A stretch of 24,237 nt of DNA. It comes from a virus. Lineage: Duplodnaviria; Caudoviricetes. Location of the stretch: the IMG/VR virus record IMGVR_UViG_3300020044_000139, positions 1 through 24,237 of that record; one strand, 5' to 3'. The notes beneath the pieces are model-generated. The model was given only the letters and a program-made list of their open reading frames with translations. It ran no database searches and was not told where the DNA came from. A program made the translations under genes and the position numbers. Below are positions 1-7,721 of the stretch, piece by piece. Each line of letters begins with the position of its first letter. The first letter of the stretch is position 1.

Positions 1-1
1 T

Positions 2-103
2 TCTGCCCAATACTTGAAGAACTCTGCGTTGTGAGTCGTGTAAACGTGCGTGAATCGCTGAGAATACCGTTGCGCCCTGCTCAATTAGCGCCTGAGTGGT
101 GCC
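2..103 (-). CDS. Inverted internal fragment of the portal protein gene (partial)
   Basis: Reverse complement of 103..2 reads GTTQALIEQGATVFSAIHARLHDSQRRVLQVLGR with no stop. This matches the conserved PVGTTxALxEQGxxVxSAIHxRLH motif I recall from portal proteins of this phage type. Confidence 0.8.
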
Positions 104-505
104 AAGGATGTTAAGGCGATTGACCAGACAGTGGCAGCTGCTTCTGAGCACGTCAAGATGGACTCCGAGCAGGTGTTTGCTAAGGTTGCTCCCGCACTGC
201 AACAATTAGGTCAGTTGATGCAGCAGTTAGCCCAACCTAAGCCTATGCCGCTTGATCCTGAGTCACAGGCAATCCTGCAGTCGTCATTAGCTGAGACACA
301 GCGTAGAGCTGCTAGAGATCAGGCAGATGTAAGACTAGCTGAGCAAGATCAACAGGTTCGTATTGCAATGAATACGGAAAACAACCTGACGAAAGAACGC
401 ATGAAAGAGGCTGACTTAACAGTCGATGAAGCCAGACTGCGTAGGGAGCAGCAAGAGACAGCCGTCTCTCTGCAAGATGTAGCACAACGTAATTTAAGGA
501 GCTAA
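101..505 (+). CDS. Portal protein, C-terminal part (5'-truncated)
   Basis: Frame is open from 89 to TAA at 505 (AKDVKAIDQTVAAASEHV...). Gln-rich coiled-coil tail typical of portal C-termini, located before GroES and scaffold. The GTG at 131 is probably not a true start. Confidence 0.7.
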   Translation, partial: AKDVKAIDQTVAAASEHVKMDSEQVFAKVAPALQQLGQLMQQLAQPKPMPLDPESQAILQSSLAETQRRAARDQADVRLAEQDQQVRIAMNTENNLTKERMKEADLTVDEARLRREQQETAVSLQDVAQRNLRS

Positions 506-507
506 TT

Positions 508-684
508 ATGGCTGACACTTTAAAGCAAGAGCAATCGGAAGAAGTTCGTCAACATCACCGCATGGCAGCAGGTGCATGGGTGACTGGCGAGACTTTGAAA
601 GAGCAGGGTTCGGCTACCCTCCCAAAAGCTAACAGCGATCATGGCGTATTTACAAATAAAGGCGTAGACAAGAGAAACGCATGA
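508..684 (+). CDS. Small hypothetical protein (58 aa, MADTLKQEQSEEVRQHHRMAAG...), not in ORF track
   Basis: AAGGAG at 496-501, ATG at 508, TGA at 682-684 overlapping the next ATG (ATGA). Fills the intergenic gap exactly. Confidence 0.85.
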   Translation: MADTLKQEQSEEVRQHHRMAAGAWVTGETLKEQGSATLPKANSDHGVFTNKGVDKRNA

Positions 685-866
685 GGTATGTCGACGACTT
701 CATCAGCGCTGTAAAAGTGCGTCAGGCTGAGATAGGTAATTCATTGATAGCGGGTCACATCGTTAACTTTGAAACCTATCAACGCCTAGTCGGTCAGCAT
801 CAAGGTCTCGTCGAGGCTTTGAATATTTTAAATAACCTTTTAAAGGAAGAAGATGAATTTGAGTGA
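681..866 (+). CDS. Small conserved phage hypothetical protein (61 aa)
   Basis: ATGA coupling to the upstream ORF. Helical NFETYQRLVGQHQGL motif, of a kind commonly seen between portal and GroES genes in such phages. Confidence 0.75.
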   Translation: MRYVDDFISAVKVRQAEIGNSLIAGHIVNFETYQRLVGQHQGLVEALNILNNLLKEEDEFE

Positions 867-1290
867 TCCACTGGTAGCTTCTAGCGAGGCTGAATTAGCT
901 TGGGCATTCCCGAGTGTAGACCCCGGTGCAAAACCTCTTGGTGCAAGAATTTTGGTGCAGTTACGTCGTACCAAAAAGAAAACCACAAGTGCGGGGATTA
1001 TTTTGGTTGAAGAAACCAAGGAAACCGAAAAGTGGAACAACATGGTGGCTAAGGTAATAGCGGTAGGCCCTTTGGCGTTCAAAAAGCGTGACACGATGGA
1101 AGACTGGCCCGAAGGGTCATGGTGTGAGGTAGGCGACTATCTCCGAGTTCCTAAGTGGGGTGGCGATCGTTGGGAAGTCGCAGTAGAGGGCGAACCCGAT
1201 GAGGACAAAGCACTTTTCATGGTATTGAACGACCACGAGGTAATTGCTAAGGTAACTGGCAATCCTCTCGAAATGAGGGCATTCATATGA
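853..1290 (+). CDS. groES: GroES/Cpn10-like co-chaperonin
   Basis: PLGARILVQ, mobile loop KKTTSAGIIL, AKVIAVGP, CEVGDYL..PKWGG and LNDHEVIAKV follow the Cpn10 motif order. Confidence 0.88.
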   Translation: MNLSDPLVASSEAELAWAFPSVDPGAKPLGARILVQLRRTKKKTTSAGIILVEETKETEKWNNMVAKVIAVGPLAFKKRDTMEDWPEGSWCEVGDYLRVPKWGGDRWEVAVEGEPDEDKALFMVLNDHEVIAKVTGNPLEMRAFI

Positions 1291-2270
1291 GCACAGAAAA
1301 TACAGAACTTAAAGTATCTGAAGAGCAGGATGGTTCAGCTGTTGTTAACCTCCCTGCAGACATTCCTAGTCCAGACGAGGAATTCGATGAGGGTGGTGCT
1401 GTTGTAGCTGACGGATCAGACGATGATGATGCTGCAGCCGAGGCTCGTGAGATTGAAGAGCACGGTGACGTTGATCCAGAAGCTGAAGCTATTCGTGCTG
1501 CTAAGCGTGCTAAGCGTCGTGCACGTAAGGAGTATCACAAGCAGGCAGCAACAGAGAAGGACATTCGCCTTCAGAACTTGCAACGTCAGAACCAAGAGCT
1601 ATTAGAGCGCTTGTCTGTCGTAGAGCGTAAGCAGTCAGGCAGTGAGTTGGCTCGATTAGATAAAGCGATTGATGACCAACGCATGCGTATTGATTTCGCA
1701 AAGCGCAAGATTAAAGAAGCAACTGAAACTGGTGACGGTGATTTATTAACCAGTGCGCAAGAAATGTGGTTTGAAGCTCGTCGTCATGCTGAAGACTTAG
1801 AGTCACTGAAGAAGCGTTCAGTACAGCCTAGTCAGCAACCGATACAGCAAGACCCACGAGTACAGCGCTATGCATCAGATTGGATGGATCGCAATCCTTG
1901 GTATGACCCAAACAGTAAAGATATGGACTCTCGTATTGCATTAACGATTGATCAGGCTTTAGCTGAAGAGGGGTGGGATCCAAAAGATAAAGATTATTGG
2001 CAGGAGCTTGACAATCGCTTGCAAAAAGCATTGCCAAACCGCTATACTGATAGTAATAACGAAAGACCTGTTAGAAGCCGACCAAGAACTGCGGTCACAA
2101 GCTCAGGGCGTGAAGCAGCATCCAACGCAGGGGGTAAGAATTTATACACTCTTAGCCCCGATAGAGTGAAAGCGTTAAAGGAAGCTGGCATGTGGGACAA
2201 CCTAGAAGTTAGGAACCGCATGATCAAGCGCTATGCAGCAGAAGACCGTCAAAATAATGGAAGGAACTAA
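1287..2270 (+). CDS. Putative capsid scaffolding protein
   Basis: Acidic N-terminus, long coiled coil, W..RNPWY motif and basic C-terminal helix. Lies between portal/GroES and the capsid genes. Confidence 0.72.
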   Translation: MSTENTELKVSEEQDGSAVVNLPADIPSPDEEFDEGGAVVADGSDDDDAAAEAREIEEHGDVDPEAEAIRAAKRAKRRARKEYHKQAATEKDIRLQNLQRQNQELLERLSVVERKQSGSELARLDKAIDDQRMRIDFAKRKIKEATETGDGDLLTSAQEMWFEARRHAEDLESLKKRSVQPSQQPIQQDPRVQRYASDWMDRNPWYDPNSKDMDSRIALTIDQALAEEGWDPKDKDYWQELDNRLQKALPNRYTDSNNERPVRSRPRTAVTSSGREAASNAGGKNLYTLSPDRVKALKEAGMWDNLEVRNRMIKRYAAEDRQNNGRN

Positions 2271-2273
2271 ATC

Positions 2274-2813
2274 ATGGAAACTCGTTTAAAAAAATCTCTC
2301 TCTGCAGGTGGGCGTGAGAATCACGCTAGTCACGACAAGTCTCGTGAGGCACCAGAAGAAATGTTTGTGTCAGCCGAAGAACGTCGAAAGATGTGGAAGG
2401 ATGAATGGACACAAAGCGCATTGCCCAATGCACCTGATCTACCCGGCTGGCATGTATGCTGGCTTTCGACAACTAATAGTTACGACAGTATTGATAAGCG
2501 GATTCGCCTTGGCTATGTGCCTGTTAAAGCAGACGACGTTAAAGGATATGAGAATTACCGTGTAAAGGCTGGCGAGCACGTTGGTTATATTGCGTGTAAT
2601 GAGATGTTGCTGTTTAAAATCCCGATGGATGTCTACCAAGACATCATGGCTCACTTCCACCACGATGCACCGATGGAAGAAGCTAACAAGATCAGATTGC
2701 AAGCAGAAAACATTCAGGGACGTGATAGCTCAGGCAGACGCTTGGGTCAAGTTGAGGGTGAAGGCATTGAGCAATTAGACAAACCGTTGCCTGCTCCTAG
2801 CTTTGCTGGGTAG
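2274..2813 (+). CDS. Conserved phage head-region protein (179 aa)
   Basis: AAGGA RBS. LPNAPDLPGWHVCW...RIRLGYVPV...MLLFKIP motif pattern, between scaffold and capsid genes. Confidence 0.75.
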   Translation: METRLKKSLSAGGRENHASHDKSREAPEEMFVSAEERRKMWKDEWTQSALPNAPDLPGWHVCWLSTTNSYDSIDKRIRLGYVPVKADDVKGYENYRVKAGEHVGYIACNEMLLFKIPMDVYQDIMAHFHHDAPMEEANKIRLQAENIQGRDSSGRRLGQVEGEGIEQLDKPLPAPSFAG

Positions 2814-2840
2814 GTATTGTTAAATTGATTGGAGTTAATT

Positions 2841-3416
2841 ATGTCTAGTACAAACGCTCCGTTCGGTTTGCGCCCTGCGTTTCATCCTTCGGGTCTGGAT
2901 CGTGCTCAGGCGCTAGCTGGCGGCATTGCTTCCACATATGGAAGCGATATTCTCAAAGGTCAACCTGTTAAATATGTAACTGGTGGCGTAATTCAACCTG
3001 CAGCAGCTGGTGATGCCTTCGTTGGCGCATTTGCTGGTGTAGAGTGGACTGATACCACTGGTCGTCGTCGTGTATCCAACTACTGGCCTGCAAGCACTGC
3101 ATACCAGACTGGTTCATGCATTGCATATTTTTATGCTGATCAAAACATCGTTTATGAAATTCAAACCGACGGCACTATGGCTCAAACAGCTATTGGTGAC
3201 GAGGCTGACATTTCTAACGCAACTGCAGGTTCAAACGTAACTGGTTTATCCCAGTGTACTTTGTCTGCAACTCTGGTTGGTGCTGGCAATAGTGCGCAAA
3301 TGCGTATTATTGATATTGCTCCGTATTCCGATAACGCTTGGGGCGACACATACGTGATCGTCCGTGCCAACATCAGTGAGTATCAATTTGCTCCTGCTGC
3401 TGGTACCGCCATCTAA
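2841..3416 (+). CDS. Putative capsid decoration/cement protein (191 aa)
   Basis: GGAG at 2831-2834 favours ATG 2841 over TTG 2829. NAPFGLRP N-terminal motif, Ala/Gly/Thr-rich beta protein, immediately upstream of the major capsid gene. Confidence 0.65.
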   Translation: MSSTNAPFGLRPAFHPSGLDRAQALAGGIASTYGSDILKGQPVKYVTGGVIQPAAAGDAFVGAFAGVEWTDTTGRRRVSNYWPASTAYQTGSCIAYFYADQNIVYEIQTDGTMAQTAIGDEADISNATAGSNVTGLSQCTLSATLVGAGNSAQMRIIDIAPYSDNAWGDTYVIVRANISEYQFAPAAGTAI

Positions 3417-3432
3417 TAAGGAGGAGTAAACC

Positions 3433-4347
3433 ATGGCAGCTCCAATGAGAAGTACCGACTTTCGTAGTATTGTCGAACCAATCCTGAATGAATGTTTCGA
3501 CGGTGTCTACGATCAGCGTACAGATGAATGGTCACGAGTTTTCCGTGAACAAGAAGGTATTCCACGTAACTACCACGAAGAGCCAGTGTTATATGGCTTT
3601 GGCGCAGCTCCACAATTGCCTGACGGTACTCCAGTATCGTATCAGCAAGGTGGCGTATTGTTCCTCAAGCGTTACGTCTACTCAGTATATGGTCTTGCAT
3701 TTGCATTGACCAAAGTATTGGTAGAAGACGGTGATCACATCCGTATCGGTCAAGTTTATGCTAAGCACTTAGCACAATCTTTGATTGAAACGAAAGAGAC
3801 TCTGTCTGCTAACGTATTGAATCGTGCGTTTAACAGTGCATATCCGGGCGGTGATGGTGTACAGCTGAACTCAGCTTCACACCCAATCGTTAACGGTACT
3901 GCATCAAACTTGTTGGCTACGGCAGCTAACTTGTCCCAGACTTCTCTGGAACAAATGCTGATCCAAATCCGTCAAGCTGTTGACAACAACGGTAAGAAAA
4001 TCCGTTTGGTACCACGTCAGCTCGTAGTAGCTCCGGGCAACGTATTCCAAGCTGAAGTTCTCTTGAAGTCTGTATTGCGTTCTGGCAATGCCAACAACGA
4101 CATCAACCCAATCAAATCAATCGGTCTGTTAGACGAAGGCGCAGCAGTTCTGTCACGCTTGACTTCAGCAACCGCATGGTGGGTACAGACTGATGCGCCA
4201 GAAGGCATGAAGCTTCTGATGCGTCGTAAGCTGGAGAAGACAATGGAAGGTGACTTCGAGACTGACTCAATGCGCTACAAGGCGACTGAGCGTTACGACG
4301 TTGGCTTCACCGACTGGCGTGCTATGTACGGCACACCGGGCGTCTAA
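3433..4347 (+). CDS. Major capsid protein (HK97 fold, Mu gpT-like family)
   Basis: Strong AAGGAGGAG RBS, 304 aa, strongly biased codon usage. Motifs GDGVQLNSASHP, PRQLVVAP, NNDINP and EGDFETDSMRYKATERYDVGFTDWRAMYG. Followed by a stable hairpin. Confidence 0.9.
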   Translation: MAAPMRSTDFRSIVEPILNECFDGVYDQRTDEWSRVFREQEGIPRNYHEEPVLYGFGAAPQLPDGTPVSYQQGGVLFLKRYVYSVYGLAFALTKVLVEDGDHIRIGQVYAKHLAQSLIETKETLSANVLNRAFNSAYPGGDGVQLNSASHPIVNGTASNLLATAANLSQTSLEQMLIQIRQAVDNNGKKIRLVPRQLVVAPGNVFQAEVLLKSVLRSGNANNDINPIKSIGLLDEGAAVLSRLTSATAWWVQTDAPEGMKLLMRRKLEKTMEGDFETDSMRYKATERYDVGFTDWRAMYGTPGV

Positions 4348-4355
4348 ACCAAAGA

Positions 4356-4375
4356 GGGGGAGCTTCGGCTCCCCT
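4356..4375 (+). terminator. cUUCGg hairpin after the capsid gene (weak terminator or mRNA-stabilising stem)
   Basis: GGGGAGC-TTCG-GCTCCCC: perfect 7-bp stem plus a flanking G-U pair. No U-tract follows. Confidence 0.6.
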
Positions 4376-4392
4376 GCTTACAGGAGAAAATT

Positions 4393-4779
4393 ATGCCGAA
4401 CCAAGTAACAAATATTGGTGGCGTATTGTCTGCTATTACTACTACCGTTGCATACACTAATGCAACCGCAGTAACCATCGCAACAATTCCCGCTAATTCG
4501 CAAATCGTTGATATTTTTATCGACACAACAACTGGTTTTAACGCTGCGTCTACCAACACCATTTCGGTAGGTAAGACTGGCTCTGCTGCCGCTTTCGTCA
4601 CTGCAACTGACGTTGGTACAGCAGGACGTGAGAGCGTTGCAACCACTGGTGTTTACAGCGCATGGGCTGATACTGGCTCTAGCGACATTGTAGCTACAGC
4701 GACATATGCTCAAACTGGTACTGCAGCTACTGCTGGCGCTGCTCGTGTCACGATTGTGTATAAGTCACTCGCACCTTAA
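4393..4779 (+). CDS. Putative virion structural protein (128 aa)
   Basis: CAGGAG RBS. Thr/Ala-rich beta-sandwich-like sequence (TIPANSQIVDI, GAARVTIVY) directly after the capsid gene. Confidence 0.7.
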   Translation: MPNQVTNIGGVLSAITTTVAYTNATAVTIATIPANSQIVDIFIDTTTGFNAASTNTISVGKTGSAAAFVTATDVGTAGRESVATTGVYSAWADTGSSDIVATATYAQTGTAATAGAARVTIVYKSLAP

Positions 4780-4790
4780 AGGAGATCATC

Positions 4791-5798
4791 ATGGGTCAAT
4801 TTAAGCCAATGGTGAAAATGATTACCACTGAACCTACCGTTGAGTTAAAGCTCAAAAATGGTGGTCATGTGGCAATGAAAAAGGGCGGCTCTACTACTGA
4901 AGCTAAGAAAATGGCTTTCGGTGGTTTGCCAACTACTATGCCTACAAAAATGCCTCCTATGGTTGACAAGGATGTAGCTACTTCTGGCTTCCCTAAAAAG
5001 CCTTCAATGGCATCACGTCGCAAGTCGATGATGTCTATGAAAGCTCCAGTCACACCAGTAATGAAAAAGGGTGGCGCAGCACATGAAGACGCAGCTCAAG
5101 ATCGTGCAATGATCAAGAAAGCTTTAGCTGGTAAGAAGTTCGCTACTGGTGGCGTTGTAATGGGTCAAGGCGGCTACAAGAATGGCGGCAGCATTAAACC
5201 TGTCAGCGATTCTGAAAAAGGCGCTAAAGCTTATGTCAATACCAAGATGGACACCACTAAGAAGGGCACTAAAACTGGCTCAACTGGTGAAGTCAAAAAA
5301 GGTAATGGCGGTGGCTATGCAAAAGGTGGCGGTGTAGAAGGTAATGTTAGCAGCACACCTGCTGGCGTAACCAACACCAAGACTGGTAGCGTTCGCTTAG
5401 GTAATGCAGGCGGCTTTAAAAAAGGCGGTGCTCCAAAAAAGTTTGCTGACGGTGGCGGTGTTCAGAATGATGGTCGCCCCGTCAAGATGCCCCAAGGTAG
5501 CAAACGTCCACCATCACCTGTAAGCATTAATCAACTCTCTGGCACCTATAAAAAGGGTGGCAAAGTGAAGAAGATGGCTGAAGGTGGTGATGCTCAAGTC
5601 GAAAGAAATGAGCGTGCATACAAGCAATATGAAGCTGATGAAGAGAAATTTAACAAAGGCTTGCGTGATGATCTGCAAAGTGCTGTTACTTATCCCTTCA
5701 GAAAAATTAAGCAAATGTTTGCTGACAAGCCAAGCGGAAGCGTTACCAAGACTAAAGAGTCAGTCACGGTAGCTAAGAAGTATGGCGGTAAGTGCTAA
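4791..5798 (+). CDS. Lys/Gly-rich low-complexity protein with 11 [LMFY][KA]xGG repeats (possible internal virion protein or polyprotein)
   Basis: AAGGAG RBS, 335 aa. Repeats in order: LKNGG, MKKGG, MAFGG, MKKGG, FATGG, YKNGG, YAKGG, FKKGG, FADGG, YKKGG, MAEGG. The function is inferred. Confidence 0.8.
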   Translation: MGQFKPMVKMITTEPTVELKLKNGGHVAMKKGGSTTEAKKMAFGGLPTTMPTKMPPMVDKDVATSGFPKKPSMASRRKSMMSMKAPVTPVMKKGGAAHEDAAQDRAMIKKALAGKKFATGGVVMGQGGYKNGGSIKPVSDSEKGAKAYVNTKMDTTKKGTKTGSTGEVKKGNGGGYAKGGGVEGNVSSTPAGVTNTKTGSVRLGNAGGFKKGGAPKKFADGGGVQNDGRPVKMPQGSKRPPSPVSINQLSGTYKKGGKVKKMAEGGDAQVERNERAYKQYEADEEKFNKGLRDDLQSAVTYPFRKIKQMFADKPSGSVTKTKESVTVAKKYGGKC

Positions 5799-5800
5799 AT

Positions 5801-5830
5801 AAAGTAGGGGGGCTACGGCTCCCCACTTTT
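5801..5830 (+). terminator. Rho-independent terminator-like hairpin with cUACGg loop
   Basis: AAAGT-a-GGGGGGC-TACG-GCTCCCC-ACTTTT immediately after the 5798 stop, with a short U-tract. Confidence 0.75.
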
Positions 5831-5844
5831 AATTGGAGAATTAA

Positions 5845-6126
5845 ATGTCAACATTGACAAATGTATTTTCAGAACACGCTGATGCTACTGGCGTTATTTA
5901 TGATGGCGCTACAAACCTAGGCGGTTATCAATTAGCTTCAGGCGGTACTGCTGGAGAGATTGTTTTTCGTGATGGCGGCGCTTCAGGAACTGTAAGATTA
6001 AGAATAAATATCACTGTAAATACAGCGGTAATATCAACATTAATACCGGGTAATGGTATTAGATTTACTAGCAACATTCATGTAACTCTACCTACTAATG
6101 CTGTAGTAACTATATTCTGCGGCTAA
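5845..6126 (+). CDS. Small putative structural protein (93 aa)
   Basis: GGAG RBS. FRDGGASG...IPGNGIRF..IHVTL....VTIFCG beta-rich pattern typical of small virion proteins in such phages. Confidence 0.7.
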   Translation: MSTLTNVFSEHADATGVIYDGATNLGGYQLASGGTAGEIVFRDGGASGTVRLRINITVNTAVISTLIPGNGIRFTSNIHVTLPTNAVVTIFCG

Positions 6127-6128
6127 TC

Positions 6129-6647
6129 ATGCCTAGTAAATCACCTGCACAACATAGATTAATGCAAGCAGCTGCTCATACTAAGGGTGGCTTTGGTGGT
6201 TTACCTCAAAAAGTAGGTAAAGAATTTGTAAAAGCTGATGAGGGCAAGAAGCTCAAAGGCGGTGGCTTGTACGAGAATATTCATGCTAAGCGTGAACGTA
6301 TAGCCGAAGGTTCTGGCGAGAAGATGCGTAAGGTTGGTAGCAAAGGTGCGCCAACTGCTGATGCATTTAAGCAAGCTGCAAAGACCGCAAAGATGAAAGA
6401 GGGTGGAGTATCCCTTGCTGTAGGTAGAGGAGAAAAGCTTTCTGTAGAGCGTGGTGCAGGATTAACTGCTAAAGGTCGTGCAAAATATAACCGTGAGACA
6501 GGCAGCAATTTAAAGGCACCACAGCCACAAGGCGGTAGTAGAAAAGATTCATTTTGCGCTCGTATGAGTGGCGTAGTAAAACATGCAGAGGGTGATGCTC
6601 CTAGAGCTAAAGCCTCGTTAAAACGATGGAAATGTCCGGGGTGGTAA
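6129..6647 (+). CDS. Basic three-module protein with a C-terminal DUF6321-like domain
   Basis: Modules MPSKSPAQHRLM..., LYENIHAKRERI...GAPT..AFKQ and GLTAKGRAKYNRETGSNLKAP...RKDSFCARM...SLKRWKC, joined by LKGGG and MKEGG. The DUF assignment is from memory. Confidence 0.75.
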   Translation: MPSKSPAQHRLMQAAAHTKGGFGGLPQKVGKEFVKADEGKKLKGGGLYENIHAKRERIAEGSGEKMRKVGSKGAPTADAFKQAAKTAKMKEGGVSLAVGRGEKLSVERGAGLTAKGRAKYNRETGSNLKAPQPQGGSRKDSFCARMSGVVKHAEGDAPRAKASLKRWKCPGW

Positions 6648-6650
6648 ACA

Positions 6651-7721
6651 ATGGCTTATTCTGGAACTGTAGGACAGACAGTAGTCTCTGTACAAGACTT
6701 AATTGATCATGGCGCTCGCAGAAGCGGTAAGCTTGCTGAAGAGCTTACGTCTGAACAAATTTATGCTGCAAAACAATCTCTTTTCTTTTTACTGAGCAAC
6801 CTATCTAACTTAGGTATCTTGTATTGGGCAATTGAGAGCAAGATTTATGGTCTTACCCCTGACACTGCTATCTATGAGCTACCAATAGGCTCAATCGACG
6901 TTCTGAACGCTAATTACAGAACTCTGAACCGTCCTACTCCTAATGCAACTGGAGGCTACACAGCCTCTTCTGGCACCGCTGCGAACGCTTTTGACGGTAG
7001 TTTGACTACAGCATGCGTTCAGTCTTCGCCTAATGGCAATATTGCGGTCAATTACGGTACAGATAACACTTTGTATGCTGGCACTATAGGTATTTTGCCT
7101 AATGTATCTGGCGACTTTCACATTTTATTTGAGACTTCTACTGATGGTGCCACATGGAGCACGTTAATTGACACAGGTGTGACTACTTGGGTAAGTGGAA
7201 CGTGGCTTTGGTATGAAGTAGTGAATGGTGCAACTGTTCAGTATTACCGTATGCGTGAGACTGGCGGAAATACTTTAAATGTTACTGAGTTTTATGTAGG
7301 TAATAACAGCACAGAAGTCCCGATGGCTCGATTAAATCGTGATGATTTCGTGTCTTTGCCTAACAAAAACTTCACAGCTAACCAGCCGTATCAGTTTTGG
7401 TTCAATCGTACTATTCCTAATGCGCAGATTAACCTCTGGCCCACTCCAAATGATGCATTTGTGCAGATCGTTGTGTGGTATTCACGTCAAATTATGGACG
7501 TAGGATCGCTTAGTGGTCAGTTAGAGATACCTGATCGTTGGTACATGGCAGTTCAGAATATGTTGTCGCATCAAATGAGCTTAGAATTACCGGGGGTTCC
7601 TTTAGAGCGTACTCAGTATCTTGAAGGTCAGGCAGATAAATATTTGATGATTGCTCAGTCTGAAGAGCGTGATAAGTCACCTGTTTACTTTGCACCTAAC
7701 ATTGCGGTTTACACAAGATAA
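6651..7721 (+). CDS. Putative head-tail adaptor / tail tubular protein with an inserted F5/8 type C-like domain
   Basis: N-terminal helices (DLIDHGARRSG...NLGILYW) and C-terminal RDDFVSLPNK..PYQFWFNR..INLWPTP..EIPDRW resemble podovirus adaptors. The central NAFDG...TSTDGATW...YYRMR segment is galactose-binding-like. Confidence 0.65.
   Translation: MAYSGTVGQTVVSVQDLIDHGARRSGKLAEELTSEQIYAAKQSLFFLLSNLSNLGILYWAIESKIYGLTPDTAIYELPIGSIDVLNANYRTLNRPTPNATGGYTASSGTAANAFDGSLTTACVQSSPNGNIAVNYGTDNTLYAGTIGILPNVSGDFHILFETSTDGATWSTLIDTGVTTWVSGTWLWYEVVNGATVQYYRMRETGGNTLNVTEFYVGNNSTEVPMARLNRDDFVSLPNKNFTANQPYQFWFNRTIPNAQINLWPTPNDAFVQIVVWYSRQIMDVGSLSGQLEIPDRWYMAVQNMLSHQMSLELPGVPLERTQYLEGQADKYLMIAQSEERDKSPVYFAPNIAVYTR

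Noticed and set aside
1494-1530. Short tandem repeat GCTAAGCGT in the scaffold gene
   Set aside because: It simply encodes the low-complexity peptide AKRAKRRARK. It is not an array.
2813-2840. AT-rich gap before the decoration and capsid genes as a possible late promoter
   Set aside because: Only about 27 nt long, with no convincing -35/-10 pair and no motif repeated elsewhere in the window.
4340-4400. Programmed frameshift or readthrough extending the capsid protein into the 128-aa ORF
   Set aside because: No slippery sequence before the TAA, and the downstream ORF has its own AGGAG RBS.
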